From positions 11,406 to 75,405 of the forward strand of contig CALXMA010000002.1 in NCBI GenBank assembly GCA_944389345.1: a stretch of 64,000 nt of DNA, written 5' to 3'. The DNA comes from an uncultured Alphaproteobacteria bacterium. GTDB lineage: Bacteria; Pseudomonadota; Alphaproteobacteria; Rs-D84. Position 1 is the first letter of the stretch; each line of letters opens with the position of its first letter. Below, in pieces: positions 55,010 through 64,000 of this stretch. A program made the translations under genes and the position numbers. Under the pieces are notes generated by a model. The model was not told the DNA's origin. It did no database searches and saw only the letters and a list, made by a program, of their open reading frames with translations.

Positions 55010-55435
55010 TTATAAATGCACAATTTCGGTATCTGGGATTTGTTTCGCAATATATTCGGTCGCGAGGCGGCGGTGGCATTGCAGTGCGGATTTTTCAGTG
55101 CATAACAGGCAAATGCGGTCAATGTCGATCGGGGCGAGTTCTGTGGTCGGATTGCGTGCGACCAGTAATTCGCGATACATTTTTTCATAATCGGACCAAC
55201 TGATGGCACCGTTTTTATATCCTGTCAATATTTCTGTGGTTGGTGCAAATTCGGGATGGTATTCGTAACGCGCGCCCAATACTGTGGCCAGATTTTCACC
55301 ACTGTAAAACGGAACGTACGCGCTGGCGCGCCACAGGCGTATGTCCCACACGGCGCGAACGCGTACCGCATTCAGGACTTCCATAAACGCGTCTGGGCTT
55401 TTACCACTGAAACCAATTGTGAATATTTTTTGCAT
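55010..55435 (-). CDS. DUF488-family protein
   Basis: The sequence MQKIFTIGFSGKSPDAFMEVLNAVRVRAVWDIRLW...LLCTEKSALQCHRRL matches the DUF488 pattern. Confidence 0.7.
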   Translation of the reverse strand: MQKIFTIGFSGKSPDAFMEVLNAVRVRAVWDIRLWRASAYVPFYSGENLATVLGARYEYHPEFAPTTEILTGYKNGAISWSDYEKMYRELLVARNPTTELAPIDIDRICLLCTEKSALQCHRRLATEYIAKQIPDTEIVHL

Positions 55436-55588
55436 ATCGCCATAATTATGTTGTGAAATTTGTCCATAATCAACCATCAATTGTTATCATTACCTGGCAT
55501 GCACGGGTGGCAATGAATTCCAGTTCAACAACACGTAAATGGCCTGTAATCATCATATCATATTCACCAAACGTGTATTATTTATTGA

Positions 55589-57259
55589 TTATACAATATA
55601 TTTGTTATATATTTTTGCCCATTTAAATAGGACATAAAGACCCCATATGGCCGTATAATCAGTATATTCTTTCAACGGTTTATTTATCAAATTTAATAAT
55701 TCTGGTTGTGAAACATTAAATAAATTACACAAAGATGTGTTGTTAAATGTACGTGTTATATCTTTGTGCAAACATCCGTCAATCCAATCGATCCAAGGCG
55801 ATGTAAATGGTTGTTTTTTACGGTTTACTATATCTGATGGCAATATATTGCTAAAATTTTCAATAAGTAGTTGTTTAGGCGGATTTGTGTAAAGCTTTCT
55901 TAAAGGAACTCCATATAAATAATTAACAATATCTTGGGACAAAAAGGGAACGCGACCCTCAATTGAACTGGCCATTGTCATTTTATCTAATCTAAACAAA
56001 TGATAGGCTGGTAATCTATAGTTGCGTTCAAAATCCATTATTGATTTCAAAGGCTCTTTAGAATTTTTTATTAAACGTAAATCACGTGTTTGTGTGTTGA
56101 ATAGTTTATTTTTAATTGTAGGCGACAACCATGCTATTTGCTGTTTATAGGTTTGTATTTCTTTTCCTGCATTATTCATGGCGGTTCGTATATAATTATA
56201 CCCGATGAACATTTCGTCTGCCCCATCGCCACTGATAATACCTTTGACATATTTTTTCGCAGATTTTGCCAACAAAAAAGTACTTATTGAGACAGTAGAA
56301 TATAAAGGTTCTTCTAATGACAAAATGGTTTTATCAAAAGTGTTTTTTATAATATTCTTTTGTGCATAAACTATATGATGTATTAAATCCTGTTTTTCTG
56401 CGACAAGTGTTGCAAACCTTGTTTCATCAATATGTTCATTTACATCATATTTTATTGTAAAAGCGTGTCTTTTGCCTTTTAATATTGTATTCAATATACT
56501 GGAATCCAAGCCACCACTTAAAAAAGTGCCTATTTTTACTTCTTGGCTGTCATAATTGTTGATGCTTTTTACCCATGTTTTTAAACTTTGTGTCGGTTTA
56601 ATATTTATTTTGTACTTTGATTTTTTGATGTTATGTTGGCTTATTTCTAATATTTGACAGGGTTCAATTTTGAAAATATCAGAAAATATAGTTAGCGGAT
56701 GTGCGATAAATCTATATTGCAAATAACTTGCTAAACCAGGCTTTGAAATCTCATGTTTCCCTGAAATCTTTAAGATAGGTCTTAATTCAGAACTAAAAAC
56801 AAATTTACCATCTGATAAAAAAGAATAATATAACGGTTTTATTCCAAATTTATCAGAAAACAATAATAATTTATCTTTATCCATAATAGCGATTGAAAAC
56901 ATACCATCAAGATACTTTACGAAATTTTTACCGTATGTTTCATACATCGGGATAATAATGTCCGCGTCATTATACTTTTTGTCTGAAACGATGTTTAAAC
57001 CTAAATTTTTTCGTAAATCTAGATGATTATATATTTCACCGTTAAATACACATAAAATATCGTTTTTTGTATTAGAGTGTACACGTGTCGGTGTTTTTAC
57101 AGAATTCATTGATAAACGCGTTAACCCCAAAGATACGAAATGATGATGTTTATACGCCTTACCATCGGGACCACGATGCTTCATGGCACGTAACATGCGT
57201 TTTACAAGTCGCTTGTTATCATGTTTGGATATATCAAAAATTCCGGCAATTCCACACAT
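55589..57259 (-). CDS. Asparagine synthase (glutamine-hydrolysing)-family amidotransferase
   Basis: It has the N-terminal nucleophile MCGIAGIF and the PP-loop FLSGGLDSS. Confidence 0.85.
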   Translation of the reverse strand: MCGIAGIFDISKHDNKRLVKRMLRAMKHRGPDGKAYKHHHFVSLGLTRLSMNSVKTPTRVHSNTKNDILCVFNGEIYNHLDLRKNLGLNIVSDKKYNDADIIIPMYETYGKNFVKYLDGMFSIAIMDKDKLLLFSDKFGIKPLYYSFLSDGKFVFSSELRPILKISGKHEISKPGLASYLQYRFIAHPLTIFSDIFKIEPCQILEISQHNIKKSKYKINIKPTQSLKTWVKSINNYDSQEVKIGTFLSGGLDSSILNTILKGKRHAFTIKYDVNEHIDETRFATLVAEKQDLIHHIVYAQKNIIKNTFDKTILSLEEPLYSTVSISTFLLAKSAKKYVKGIISGDGADEMFIGYNYIRTAMNNAGKEIQTYKQQIAWLSPTIKNKLFNTQTRDLRLIKNSKEPLKSIMDFERNYRLPAYHLFRLDKMTMASSIEGRVPFLSQDIVNYLYGVPLRKLYTNPPKQLLIENFSNILPSDIVNRKKQPFTSPWIDWIDGCLHKDITRTFNNTSLCNLFNVSQPELLNLINKPLKEYTDYTAIWGLYVLFKWAKIYNKYIV

Positions 57260-58455
57260 TATTTGTTAACCAATTTATTAAATTCACAGAATAGTTTTTC
57301 AGCTGTTTTTTCCGGGGAATATTTATGTGCCGATACAAAACATTGTTCTGACATTTGTTTTACAAAATTATCATTCGTTCGCAGTTTAGAAATAATTTTA
57401 TTTAATTGTCTTTTGTTTTTATACAATAAAGATTGCGGAACAAACTCTGGAAAAGCGGCCATGTTTGGGGCAACAACTGGTATGCCCAGCCCCATACAAT
57501 CCATACAAGCCATAGACCAAACACATGCTTTGCGCAAAGGTGCGAAACACGCAAAACCAGAATTCAATATTGATTTATATTCAATTCTGGTTTTATTATT
57601 TTGTGCAATGCTTATACCTGGCGTTTTTGACATAATTTTTGCAAAATCTGCGGGGGTGTTATTTTGTGATGCACGCTTTAGACTACGTTTTTGCATAGGG
57701 TCAAGGACAATGCAATTTATACCAAATTGTTTGTGTAATCTAGCAAAAACATCAATAAAATCTTGTGTTCCGTAAGTTTTATACAAACGATGGTTATATA
57801 TATAGTTTTCTCTGTTTGCTAATGTTGTGATATATCTGTTCTTTTTATCTAGAAATAACGGATCTGCTGGCGGGGCTAGCACAATAAATTTTTTAGAATC
57901 ATATGGAACTTTGTAATATTTTGCCGCTTTAACTATGAGTGATTTAGCAAATTCGCTTTGTATAATAAACAAATCAGACGTCTGTAATGCTGTCAATATA
58001 TCAAAAACAATTTTATTGCCCAGGTTCCCAGTATTAAGACTTTGGTCTATTTCTGGAATTCGTAATTTCATATTATTTGCCCACAATGCCGGATAATGAC
58101 AATATGTGACGATTGGTATATCTAATTTATTCCATACTAATACACTACGAATTGCAGAAGTTAGTTCAACCTGGGTATTAAATATCACATCTGGTTTTAC
58201 TTTTTGTATTAATTTTGCGATTTCATCTGAATTAAAATCAAATCTGGACGAAAATTTATTAGTACCCAGATTTATATATTCTTTCCCGCATTTTAATTCC
58301 TTGGCTTGTTTAAATTCAGGACAATTTGCCCCGGCGACAATATATTTATGGCCCATCTTTTTAAACTGGCTGGATAATATACATTGAAATATATAGCCAG
58401 AATCACAGCTAATATTATCTTTGTTAGATATATTCAATATAGATAAAATTTTCAT
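57259..58455 (-). CDS. Glycosyltransferase, GT4-like (GT-B fold)
   Basis: The C-terminal half reads FAPLRKACVWSMACMDCMGLGIPVVAPN, analogous to the E..G...lEAma.G.PvV motif. Confidence 0.65.
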   Translation of the reverse strand: MKILSILNISNKDNISCDSGYIFQCILSSQFKKMGHKYIVAGANCPEFKQAKELKCGKEYINLGTNKFSSRFDFNSDEIAKLIQKVKPDVIFNTQVELTSAIRSVLVWNKLDIPIVTYCHYPALWANNMKLRIPEIDQSLNTGNLGNKIVFDILTALQTSDLFIIQSEFAKSLIVKAAKYYKVPYDSKKFIVLAPPADPLFLDKKNRYITTLANRENYIYNHRLYKTYGTQDFIDVFARLHKQFGINCIVLDPMQKRSLKRASQNNTPADFAKIMSKTPGISIAQNNKTRIEYKSILNSGFACFAPLRKACVWSMACMDCMGLGIPVVAPNMAAFPEFVPQSLLYKNKRQLNKIISKLRTNDNFVKQMSEQCFVSAHKYSPEKTAEKLFCEFNKLVNK

Positions 58456-59762
58456 TTTGATACTTTTGCCCCCAATTTTATTAAATTTTCAATAAAACCA
58501 TCGTATCCACGTGTTATATTATCTATGTTTGTTATTTTAACTGTTTTGCCAGATTTTATTGCAGCAATACACAAAACCGCCGCAGCACGGGTGTCTGTCG
58601 CGTTCAGATTTATATCGGTTTGTAAAATATTGTGTTTATATGGTCTTATAATAATTTTATTTGAATACCTTTTAATAGAACAACCCAATTTATTTAATTC
58701 GGGTACGTACGCAAAACGAGAACGCCAAACAGTTTCTTTGATAACAGATTTATCGTTTGCAAACGATAACAGTAATGTCATAAACGGCTGATGATCACTT
58801 TGGATACCTTTATGCGTTATTGTAATCTCAGTACCAGATAACTGTTTTTGCTTTGGAACAATAATTTTATTATTTTTTAAGACAAGATTTACACCCATTT
58901 TATGTAATATTTTTAATTCTGGATATAATATATTTTGTAAGACATCTAAATTTGTAACACGAATAGTTAATTTTATATTATTTACAATAGCCAAAGTAAT
59001 AAAAGTCATTACTTCACTTTGACAATCTGATAAATTATAAACCATATTATCCGGTATGTTTTTGTTTTCTGTATTGATTATCAGTCTGTTGTGTATTTGT
59101 TTTATATCAATTCCACATAATTTTGCAAACTTTAATAAATCGTAAACATCGGTTCTGAAATAATAGTTTTTTATTATAGTCTTTGTATGTTTAGTTCCAA
59201 CGGCAACCAATATACATAATTTTGTTGCACTGCTAACCTTTTCACCAGTCAGACGGAACATACTGTCCGAAAACCGTTTAATATTTTGAACAATCTTTGT
59301 TTGTTTACAAGGTTTCCAGGAATACTCTATTTTATTTAACTTTTTCGTGGTTCCAAAAGAATTCAAAATATCTATCAGATGATTGTAAGGACGTACGCCT
59401 TGGGTACTTATGTTGCAGCCACCTGTTGGTACAACAGGAAACATGTGAAACCTTATTGCCAAAGCGAAAATAAAATACAAAGCCCCATGAATTTTATTAC
59501 ACAATTTATCATCAATTCGTCTATATTTTATGGACTTGGTATCCAGATATACTGTATTGTTTTTGAAACTGGCCTTACCGCCAAGTTTAATTATCAGCTT
59601 GCACAATATATTCGTATCATCGGTTTTGGGGACGTTGTGTATTATGCATTTAGTATTAAAAATTATTGTTGCGGCAACTAATTGAACAAAAGAGTGTTTG
59701 TGGCCTAAAACCTTTATCGTTTTAGCAGATTTTAATTTTGATGGTTTTATAACTATATTCAC
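58452..59762 (-). CDS. MurA-like enolpyruvyl transferase (EPSP synthase fold)
   Basis: It is 436 aa. The N-terminus is IKPSKLKSAKTIKVLGHKHSFVQLVAATII, and the Cys loop PTGGCNISTQGVRPYNHLIDIL is comparable to the MurA Cys115 loop. Confidence 0.7.
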   Translation of the reverse strand: MNIVIKPSKLKSAKTIKVLGHKHSFVQLVAATIIFNTKCIIHNVPKTDDTNILCKLIIKLGGKASFKNNTVYLDTKSIKYRRIDDKLCNKIHGALYFIFALAIRFHMFPVVPTGGCNISTQGVRPYNHLIDILNSFGTTKKLNKIEYSWKPCKQTKIVQNIKRFSDSMFRLTGEKVSSATKLCILVAVGTKHTKTIIKNYYFRTDVYDLLKFAKLCGIDIKQIHNRLIINTENKNIPDNMVYNLSDCQSEVMTFITLAIVNNIKLTIRVTNLDVLQNILYPELKILHKMGVNLVLKNNKIIVPKQKQLSGTEITITHKGIQSDHQPFMTLLLSFANDKSVIKETVWRSRFAYVPELNKLGCSIKRYSNKIIIRPYKHNILQTDINLNATDTRAAAVLCIAAIKSGKTVKITNIDNITRGYDGFIENLIKLGAKVSK

Positions 59763-59766
59763 AATA

Positions 59767-60360
59767 TTACCTTTGTTTAACCATGTAGTTATCTACACAT
59801 TCTAATAAACTGTTTGCAATCGGTATTGATAAATTCTGGGCAATTGCAATATGTTCTTTGTTTTGTGGCAGGCTTATAAAAACAGCATCATGTCCACAAC
59901 TGATAGCGTCTTGAATATTAAAAATGCTGTCATCTATTACAATACCATTTGGCAATTTCTTATATTGGGTCATTTTATTTGCCCACCCAAGTGGCAATAA
60001 TATGATATCATCAAACACATCACCAAATGCGTTATGTAAATTTTGCAATCTGTTGTTTCTGGCAACAGAATTTGTAGATATAGAACTTATCACAGAGAGT
60101 GAGGCACCAGTATTTTTTAATTTTTGAATTGCGGCCTTAGCACCAGAAATTGCAGGTACTTCTATAAAATAATGCGTTTGTGTAAACAATTCCGTGGATT
60201 TATTAAAATCCAGCCCCGAATTTGCTGGAAACACCCAATGGCTGGGATAAGCATTTTTATTAACAATTATATTGCATTCTTGCTGTAAAAACAGCGCATG
60301 AGTTTGGGCGGTTTGTAATAAAACCTCGTCACAGTCCAAATAAACATTGCGCCAGTTCAT
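59767..60360 (-). CDS. HAD-superfamily hydrolase, 5'(3')-deoxyribonucleotidase-like
   Basis: HAD motif I is YLDCDEVL, with VIDDS as motif IV-like. The ATG at 60360 is preferred. Confidence 0.55.
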   Translation of the reverse strand: MNWRNVYLDCDEVLLQTAQTHALFLQQECNIIVNKNAYPSHWVFPANSGLDFNKSTELFTQTHYFIEVPAISGAKAAIQKLKNTGASLSVISSISTNSVARNNRLQNLHNAFGDVFDDIILLPLGWANKMTQYKKLPNGIVIDDSIFNIQDAISCGHDAVFISLPQNKEHIAIAQNLSIPIANSLLECVDNYMVKQR

Positions 60361-60367
60361 ACGCAAA

Positions 60368-61396
60368 ATGGTAAAACCTATATTTATAAAGTCAAATAAT
60401 TTGTTGATTTTTCGGCACTTTGGACCTAAAATTAAACACGTGGACAAGAAAAAACAACAACAAATTGAAAAATTGCTTGGTGTTGACATCGTTTCAGCAG
60501 AACGAATCGGTGGGTTTTCTGCCGAAAATTATATTGTAAAAACAAGAGACAATCATGAATTTGTGGCAAAAATTTTACGAAACAATGCAAATGCATATGT
60601 TGAACAAATAGAAACAGTAAGTCGCTTGTTCAACAACAAAAGTGGTAAATTTTTTACGAAACCGATCAAAGAAGATGTTCAGCACAGAATTATTATATCC
60701 AAATTTATCAAAGGCGATGTATTACACGGTGATGATATAAAAGAATGTTTTTATAAGCCTGTCGCAAAAGTTTTAAAACATTATGAACATATAGAGCCGA
60801 ATAATAACCTGAAGACCAGTTTTGATTTATATTTCAATATAAAGGCAAGTCAGGATAAAATTAATGATACAAAAAGAAAACTAAAAAAGACAGATTCCTA
60901 TTACGAACTGGTAAAAAACATCTTGGAATTAAAAACTTCTATATTGAATAAATACAAGAAAAATGATGATTTGGTTAAATGGATAAAAAGTTCCAATTCG
61001 TTCGTTCACGGTGATTTTCATAATGAAAATATATTGTTTTCTAAATCTGGTGTAAAGGCGATATTAGATTTTGAGCTGTCTCACAAAGGGAATTCTGCAG
61101 AAGATATGGTGAACTTTGTTTGGTTTGCTTTTTTAAATAATGACTTGTCAGATAAATCATTATCCAAGGCACACGATTTCTTAAAAACATGTGAAAATGT
61201 AACAAAAGTTTCCAAAACAGATTTAGAAAATGCTTTCAAATTGACGTTTTTACGTTTCGTTCAATCATCCGTACTAGAAAATTCGTTAATTGAATATAAA
61301 GAACCTTTTTATGAAGGTTTATTGCAAAGAGATTTGAAAAAATTTAAAGAAATTGATAATCATATGCAAATTATATTAAATAAATTATTAGCATAA
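60368..61396 (+). CDS. APH/choline/sugar-kinase-family phosphotransferase
   Basis: Motifs seen are HGDFHNENILF and ILDFELSH. An alternative start is the GTG at 60440. Confidence 0.65.
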   Translation: MVKPIFIKSNNLLIFRHFGPKIKHVDKKKQQQIEKLLGVDIVSAERIGGFSAENYIVKTRDNHEFVAKILRNNANAYVEQIETVSRLFNNKSGKFFTKPIKEDVQHRIIISKFIKGDVLHGDDIKECFYKPVAKVLKHYEHIEPNNNLKTSFDLYFNIKASQDKINDTKRKLKKTDSYYELVKNILELKTSILNKYKKNDDLVKWIKSSNSFVHGDFHNENILFSKSGVKAILDFELSHKGNSAEDMVNFVWFAFLNNDLSDKSLSKAHDFLKTCENVTKVSKTDLENAFKLTFLRFVQSSVLENSLIEYKEPFYEGLLQRDLKKFKEIDNHMQIILNKLLA

Positions 61397-62229
61397 TGGA
61401 AAAGAAAGTATCTGTTATTATTTTGACTCATAATTCCTATAAAGACAAAGCCGGTTCCATAGAATTTGTCATAAATGCATATCTGCAACAAAAACATACA
61501 CCTCTTGAAATTATCGTTATTGATAACGCATCTGATGTCGATAATTCTGCAAAACTACAGTCTTTTTGTGCAGACAAAAAATTTGTACATATTGTTAAAT
61601 GTAATGCAAGTATAGGTGGTGCCAGAAATCTGGGTGTTAAACATTCAAAGGGAAAATATATAATATTTAATGATGACGATACTATCCCAATTCAAGACGA
61701 TGTATTAGAAATTGTTTCGCAATATTGTGATAATGGACAATATGGATACGGCGCAAACAGACTATGGAGCCCCGATATAAATTGGATAAAATCTCATGAG
61801 TCTAAGATAAATATTGCAATAGAAAATAAAAACTGGGATTTTTTACGTAAAATTTATCAAAGGCCATCTCAAGACATAAGACACAAAAATGAAATCTCTG
61901 TAAAAATGCTTACCCGGTCATTTATAGGAAATTTTGGTTTTATATCTGTTAAAGATTTTATTACTGTTGGGGGCTTTCCGGAATATCATGGGTATGGATG
62001 TGAAGACGATGCTTTCGCCTTTTTGTGTTATTTGAAACTTGGCAAACCAGTTATATTAAATGATAAAATCTCGGTATTGCATATTTCTCACCAAATTAAT
62101 GCCATAAATTTACAACAGTTGGAAACTAACAAGATTTTATTACAAAAATTGTTTGAACAACACGGTTATAAACACTTTCATATAAGCAGAGTGTTATTTC
62201 CATCCGACAAACCTGTTATCGACTACTGA
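61396..62229 (+). CDS. Glycosyltransferase family 2
   Basis: Motifs seen are VSVIILTHN, IIVIDNASD, GGARNLG and IIFNDDDT. The ATG overlaps the kinase stop codon. Confidence 0.8.
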   Translation: MEKKVSVIILTHNSYKDKAGSIEFVINAYLQQKHTPLEIIVIDNASDVDNSAKLQSFCADKKFVHIVKCNASIGGARNLGVKHSKGKYIIFNDDDTIPIQDDVLEIVSQYCDNGQYGYGANRLWSPDINWIKSHESKINIAIENKNWDFLRKIYQRPSQDIRHKNEISVKMLTRSFIGNFGFISVKDFITVGGFPEYHGYGCEDDAFAFLCYLKLGKPVILNDKISVLHISHQINAINLQQLETNKILLQKLFEQHGYKHFHISRVLFPSDKPVIDY

Positions 62230-62288
62230 TAGCAAAATTTATTGACTTTGACTATATTTGTTCTATTTTTACACAAAAGGCTTGAAAT

Positions 62289-63713
62289 ATGTCACATCAA
62301 CCTATAACTATTACTAATTTATCTCTAGATTTTCCGCACAAAGTATGTTTTGAAGGTTTTAACACACAAATATTGCCCGGTGACAGAATAGGAATAATCG
62401 GTCGTAACGGAAGTGGTAAATCGTCATTAGTCAAAATGTTGATGGGACAAATGGACCCTTCTGGTGGCAAAATTACAAATATTGATGATTTGACTGTTGG
62501 ATATGTTCCGCAAACTGTTTTGGAACACACCGAATTAAGTGGTGGTGAAAGATTTAATAAAGCATTTACAGAAGCTATCGCCACACAACCAGACTTGCTT
62601 ATTCTTGACGAACCTACAAATCATCTGGATCAAAATGTAAAATATTCTTTGTTGCGCAAGTTGGACGGTTACAATGGTACTTTGATAATAGTCAGCCATG
62701 ATTTGGACGTTTTGACACATACTGTTGATAAATTATGGCACATCAAAGACGGAAAAATAGTCGTATTTTCTGGTGATTATGATGATTACATGTATGAAAA
62801 TGGTTTAGCGTTGGCGTCCCAACAAAAAATACTTAACGATTTAAAAAAAGAAAAGAAAAAACTGAAAATTCAACGTCAACAAGAATCTCAAAAAGCCGGC
62901 AAAGCAGGTAAAAAGAAAGCCAAAGATAATGACAAATTGGGATTTGATGCAAAATCAGACAACGCGCAAGCCAAAGCAGATGCAAAAATCGCTAAATTAA
63001 ATGAACGCCTTGGGAATGTACAAAGTTCTTTGCAACAAAATCGTTTACCAGAAGAATATAAATTAAAATTCAATATTGACAATGCGTATGTGCAATCTGG
63101 TGCTAATTTAGTTTCTGTTTCTTTTGGTGAATGCTCTTATGGTGCACATATAGTTTTATCTGACGTATTCTTTTCTATGGCACCAATGGACAAGGTTTCG
63201 ATAAGTGGTAATAATGCCTCTGGTAAAACAACTTTTATAAAAGCAATAATGCAAAATAAATCAGTAAATGTTTCTGGTGATTGGTTTTTGCCAAAGCCAT
63301 CAGATATTGGATATTTGGAACAACATTACACCAATTTAAATCCAGACGATACAGTAGAGGAAGTCATACAAAAACATGCCCCATCAATGGACGCAAAGGC
63401 AATTCGTAAACACTTAAACGATTTCTTGTTCCGTAAAAACGAAGAAGTGTTCGCGAAAGTAAAAACATTATCTGGTGGAGAAAAAGCAAGATTATCTTTG
63501 GCTCAAATTGCGGCAAGACCTCCTAAGCTGTTAATATTAGATGAAATTACAAACAATATCGATTTAGAAACAAAAGAATACATTATTTCTGTGCTGAATG
63601 CCTATGCAGGTGCATTTATAATAGTATCACACGAAAATGGCTTTTTAGATAGATTGAATTTAACAAACAGATATTTTATACAAAATGGTTCATTAAAACA
63701 AAAATTTAGGTAA
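62289..63713 (+). CDS. ABC-F family ATPase (two ABC domains, no transmembrane domain)
   Basis: It has two Walker A sites (GRNGSGKSS and GNNASGKTT), two signature motifs (LSGGER and LSGGEK) and a Lys-rich interdomain linker. It is 474 aa. Confidence 0.85.
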   Translation: MSHQPITITNLSLDFPHKVCFEGFNTQILPGDRIGIIGRNGSGKSSLVKMLMGQMDPSGGKITNIDDLTVGYVPQTVLEHTELSGGERFNKAFTEAIATQPDLLILDEPTNHLDQNVKYSLLRKLDGYNGTLIIVSHDLDVLTHTVDKLWHIKDGKIVVFSGDYDDYMYENGLALASQQKILNDLKKEKKKLKIQRQQESQKAGKAGKKKAKDNDKLGFDAKSDNAQAKADAKIAKLNERLGNVQSSLQQNRLPEEYKLKFNIDNAYVQSGANLVSVSFGECSYGAHIVLSDVFFSMAPMDKVSISGNNASGKTTFIKAIMQNKSVNVSGDWFLPKPSDIGYLEQHYTNLNPDDTVEEVIQKHAPSMDAKAIRKHLNDFLFRKNEEVFAKVKTLSGGEKARLSLAQIAARPPKLLILDEITNNIDLETKEYIISVLNAYAGAFIIVSHENGFLDRLNLTNRYFIQNGSLKQKFR

Positions 63714-63722
63714 TGAATTATA

Positions 63723-64000
63723 AAAATTATTTATCTGCAACATGTATAATAAAAAACGAAGCGGAATATATGCCTGAATGGCTTGAATATCATTTGTTGG
63801 TTGGCTTTGAAAAGTTCTATATATGATAACGGCAGCACAGATAATATAAAGCAAGTTCTTGCCCCGTATGTTGATGCCGGCATACAAAGATTGTGTAAAC
63901 AAACATAAAAATGATACTTTCTGGTTGGCAGTGATTGATATAGATGAATTTGTTGTAGCAGATTGTAAAAATAATGATGGACGTGTATATTCATTTGGTA
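63723..64000 (+). pseudogene. GT92/DUF23-like glycosyltransferase, frameshifted (continues beyond the window)
   Basis: Frame 1 gives CIIKNEAEYMPEWLEYHLLVGFEKFYI then a stop at 63834-63836. The expected continuation DNGSTDNIKQVLAPYVDAG is in another frame, and FWLAVIDIDEFVV is in a third frame. Confidence 0.55.

Larger units (their letters stand above)
55481..64000. other. AT-rich, probably horizontally acquired glycan or small-molecule biosynthesis island (two divergent operons); the right end is beyond the window
   Basis: Base composition and codon usage shift abruptly by eye after the DUF488 gene. Genes are tightly packed with overlapping stop and start codons (58452-58455, 57259, 61396). 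Confidence 0.6.

Noticed and set aside
54921-55190. An 89-aa plus-strand ORF after the candidate immunity gene.
   Set aside because: Its 3' two-thirds overlap the well-supported DUF488 gene on the opposite strand. Only a short N-terminal hydrophobic peptide could be real, and I cannot support it.

Overview
This 64-kb window is a bacterial chromosome segment. It is Gram-negative (LptE, LpxI, several beta-barrel OMPs). Gene content suggests an alphaproteobacterium-like organism with anaerobic traits (class III RNR NrdD/NrdG, oleate hydratase); that taxonomic call is inference only. Core genes present are dnaB, birA, lpxI, priA, miaA, gap, parC, zapA, radC, map, holA, lptE, nrdDG, tag and rpmG, plus tRNA-Asp, tRNA-Glu, tRNA-Leu and tRNA-Ser. 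Several accessory regions interrupt this backbone. (1) 19-11165 is a degraded T7-like prophage remnant. Its terminase large-subunit gene is cleanly split by a 3.3-kb opposite-strand cassette (dnaB, a dual-HTH CI-like regulator, one unknown gene), and a Lys/Ala-rich histone-H1-like gene sits inside its head module. (2) tRNA-Glu and tRNA-Ser each carry a partial-duplication scar, but no integrase is visible. (3) A two-gene operon ending in a McrA-type HNH nuclease lies upstream of tRNA-Ser. (4) Directly downstream of tRNA-Ser is a MuF-motif/Tlde1-like (DUF2778) polymorphic toxin with a candidate membrane immunity gene. (5) From about 55.5 kb to the window end is a visibly AT-rich foreign island: AsnB-like amidotransferase, GT4, MurA-like enolpyruvyl transferase, HAD nucleotidase-like protein, APH-family kinase, GT2, ABC-F ATPase and a frameshifted GT92-like gene. 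(6) nrdD is divided by a single in-frame TAG, so the glycyl-radical domain is a separate 62-aa ORF with its own Shine-Dalgarno. (7) A candidate about 195-nt sRNA has a promoter, a terminator and CU-rich loops. I saw no rRNA, CRISPR array, transposase or integrase. All family assignments come from motif recognition by eye, not from searches.
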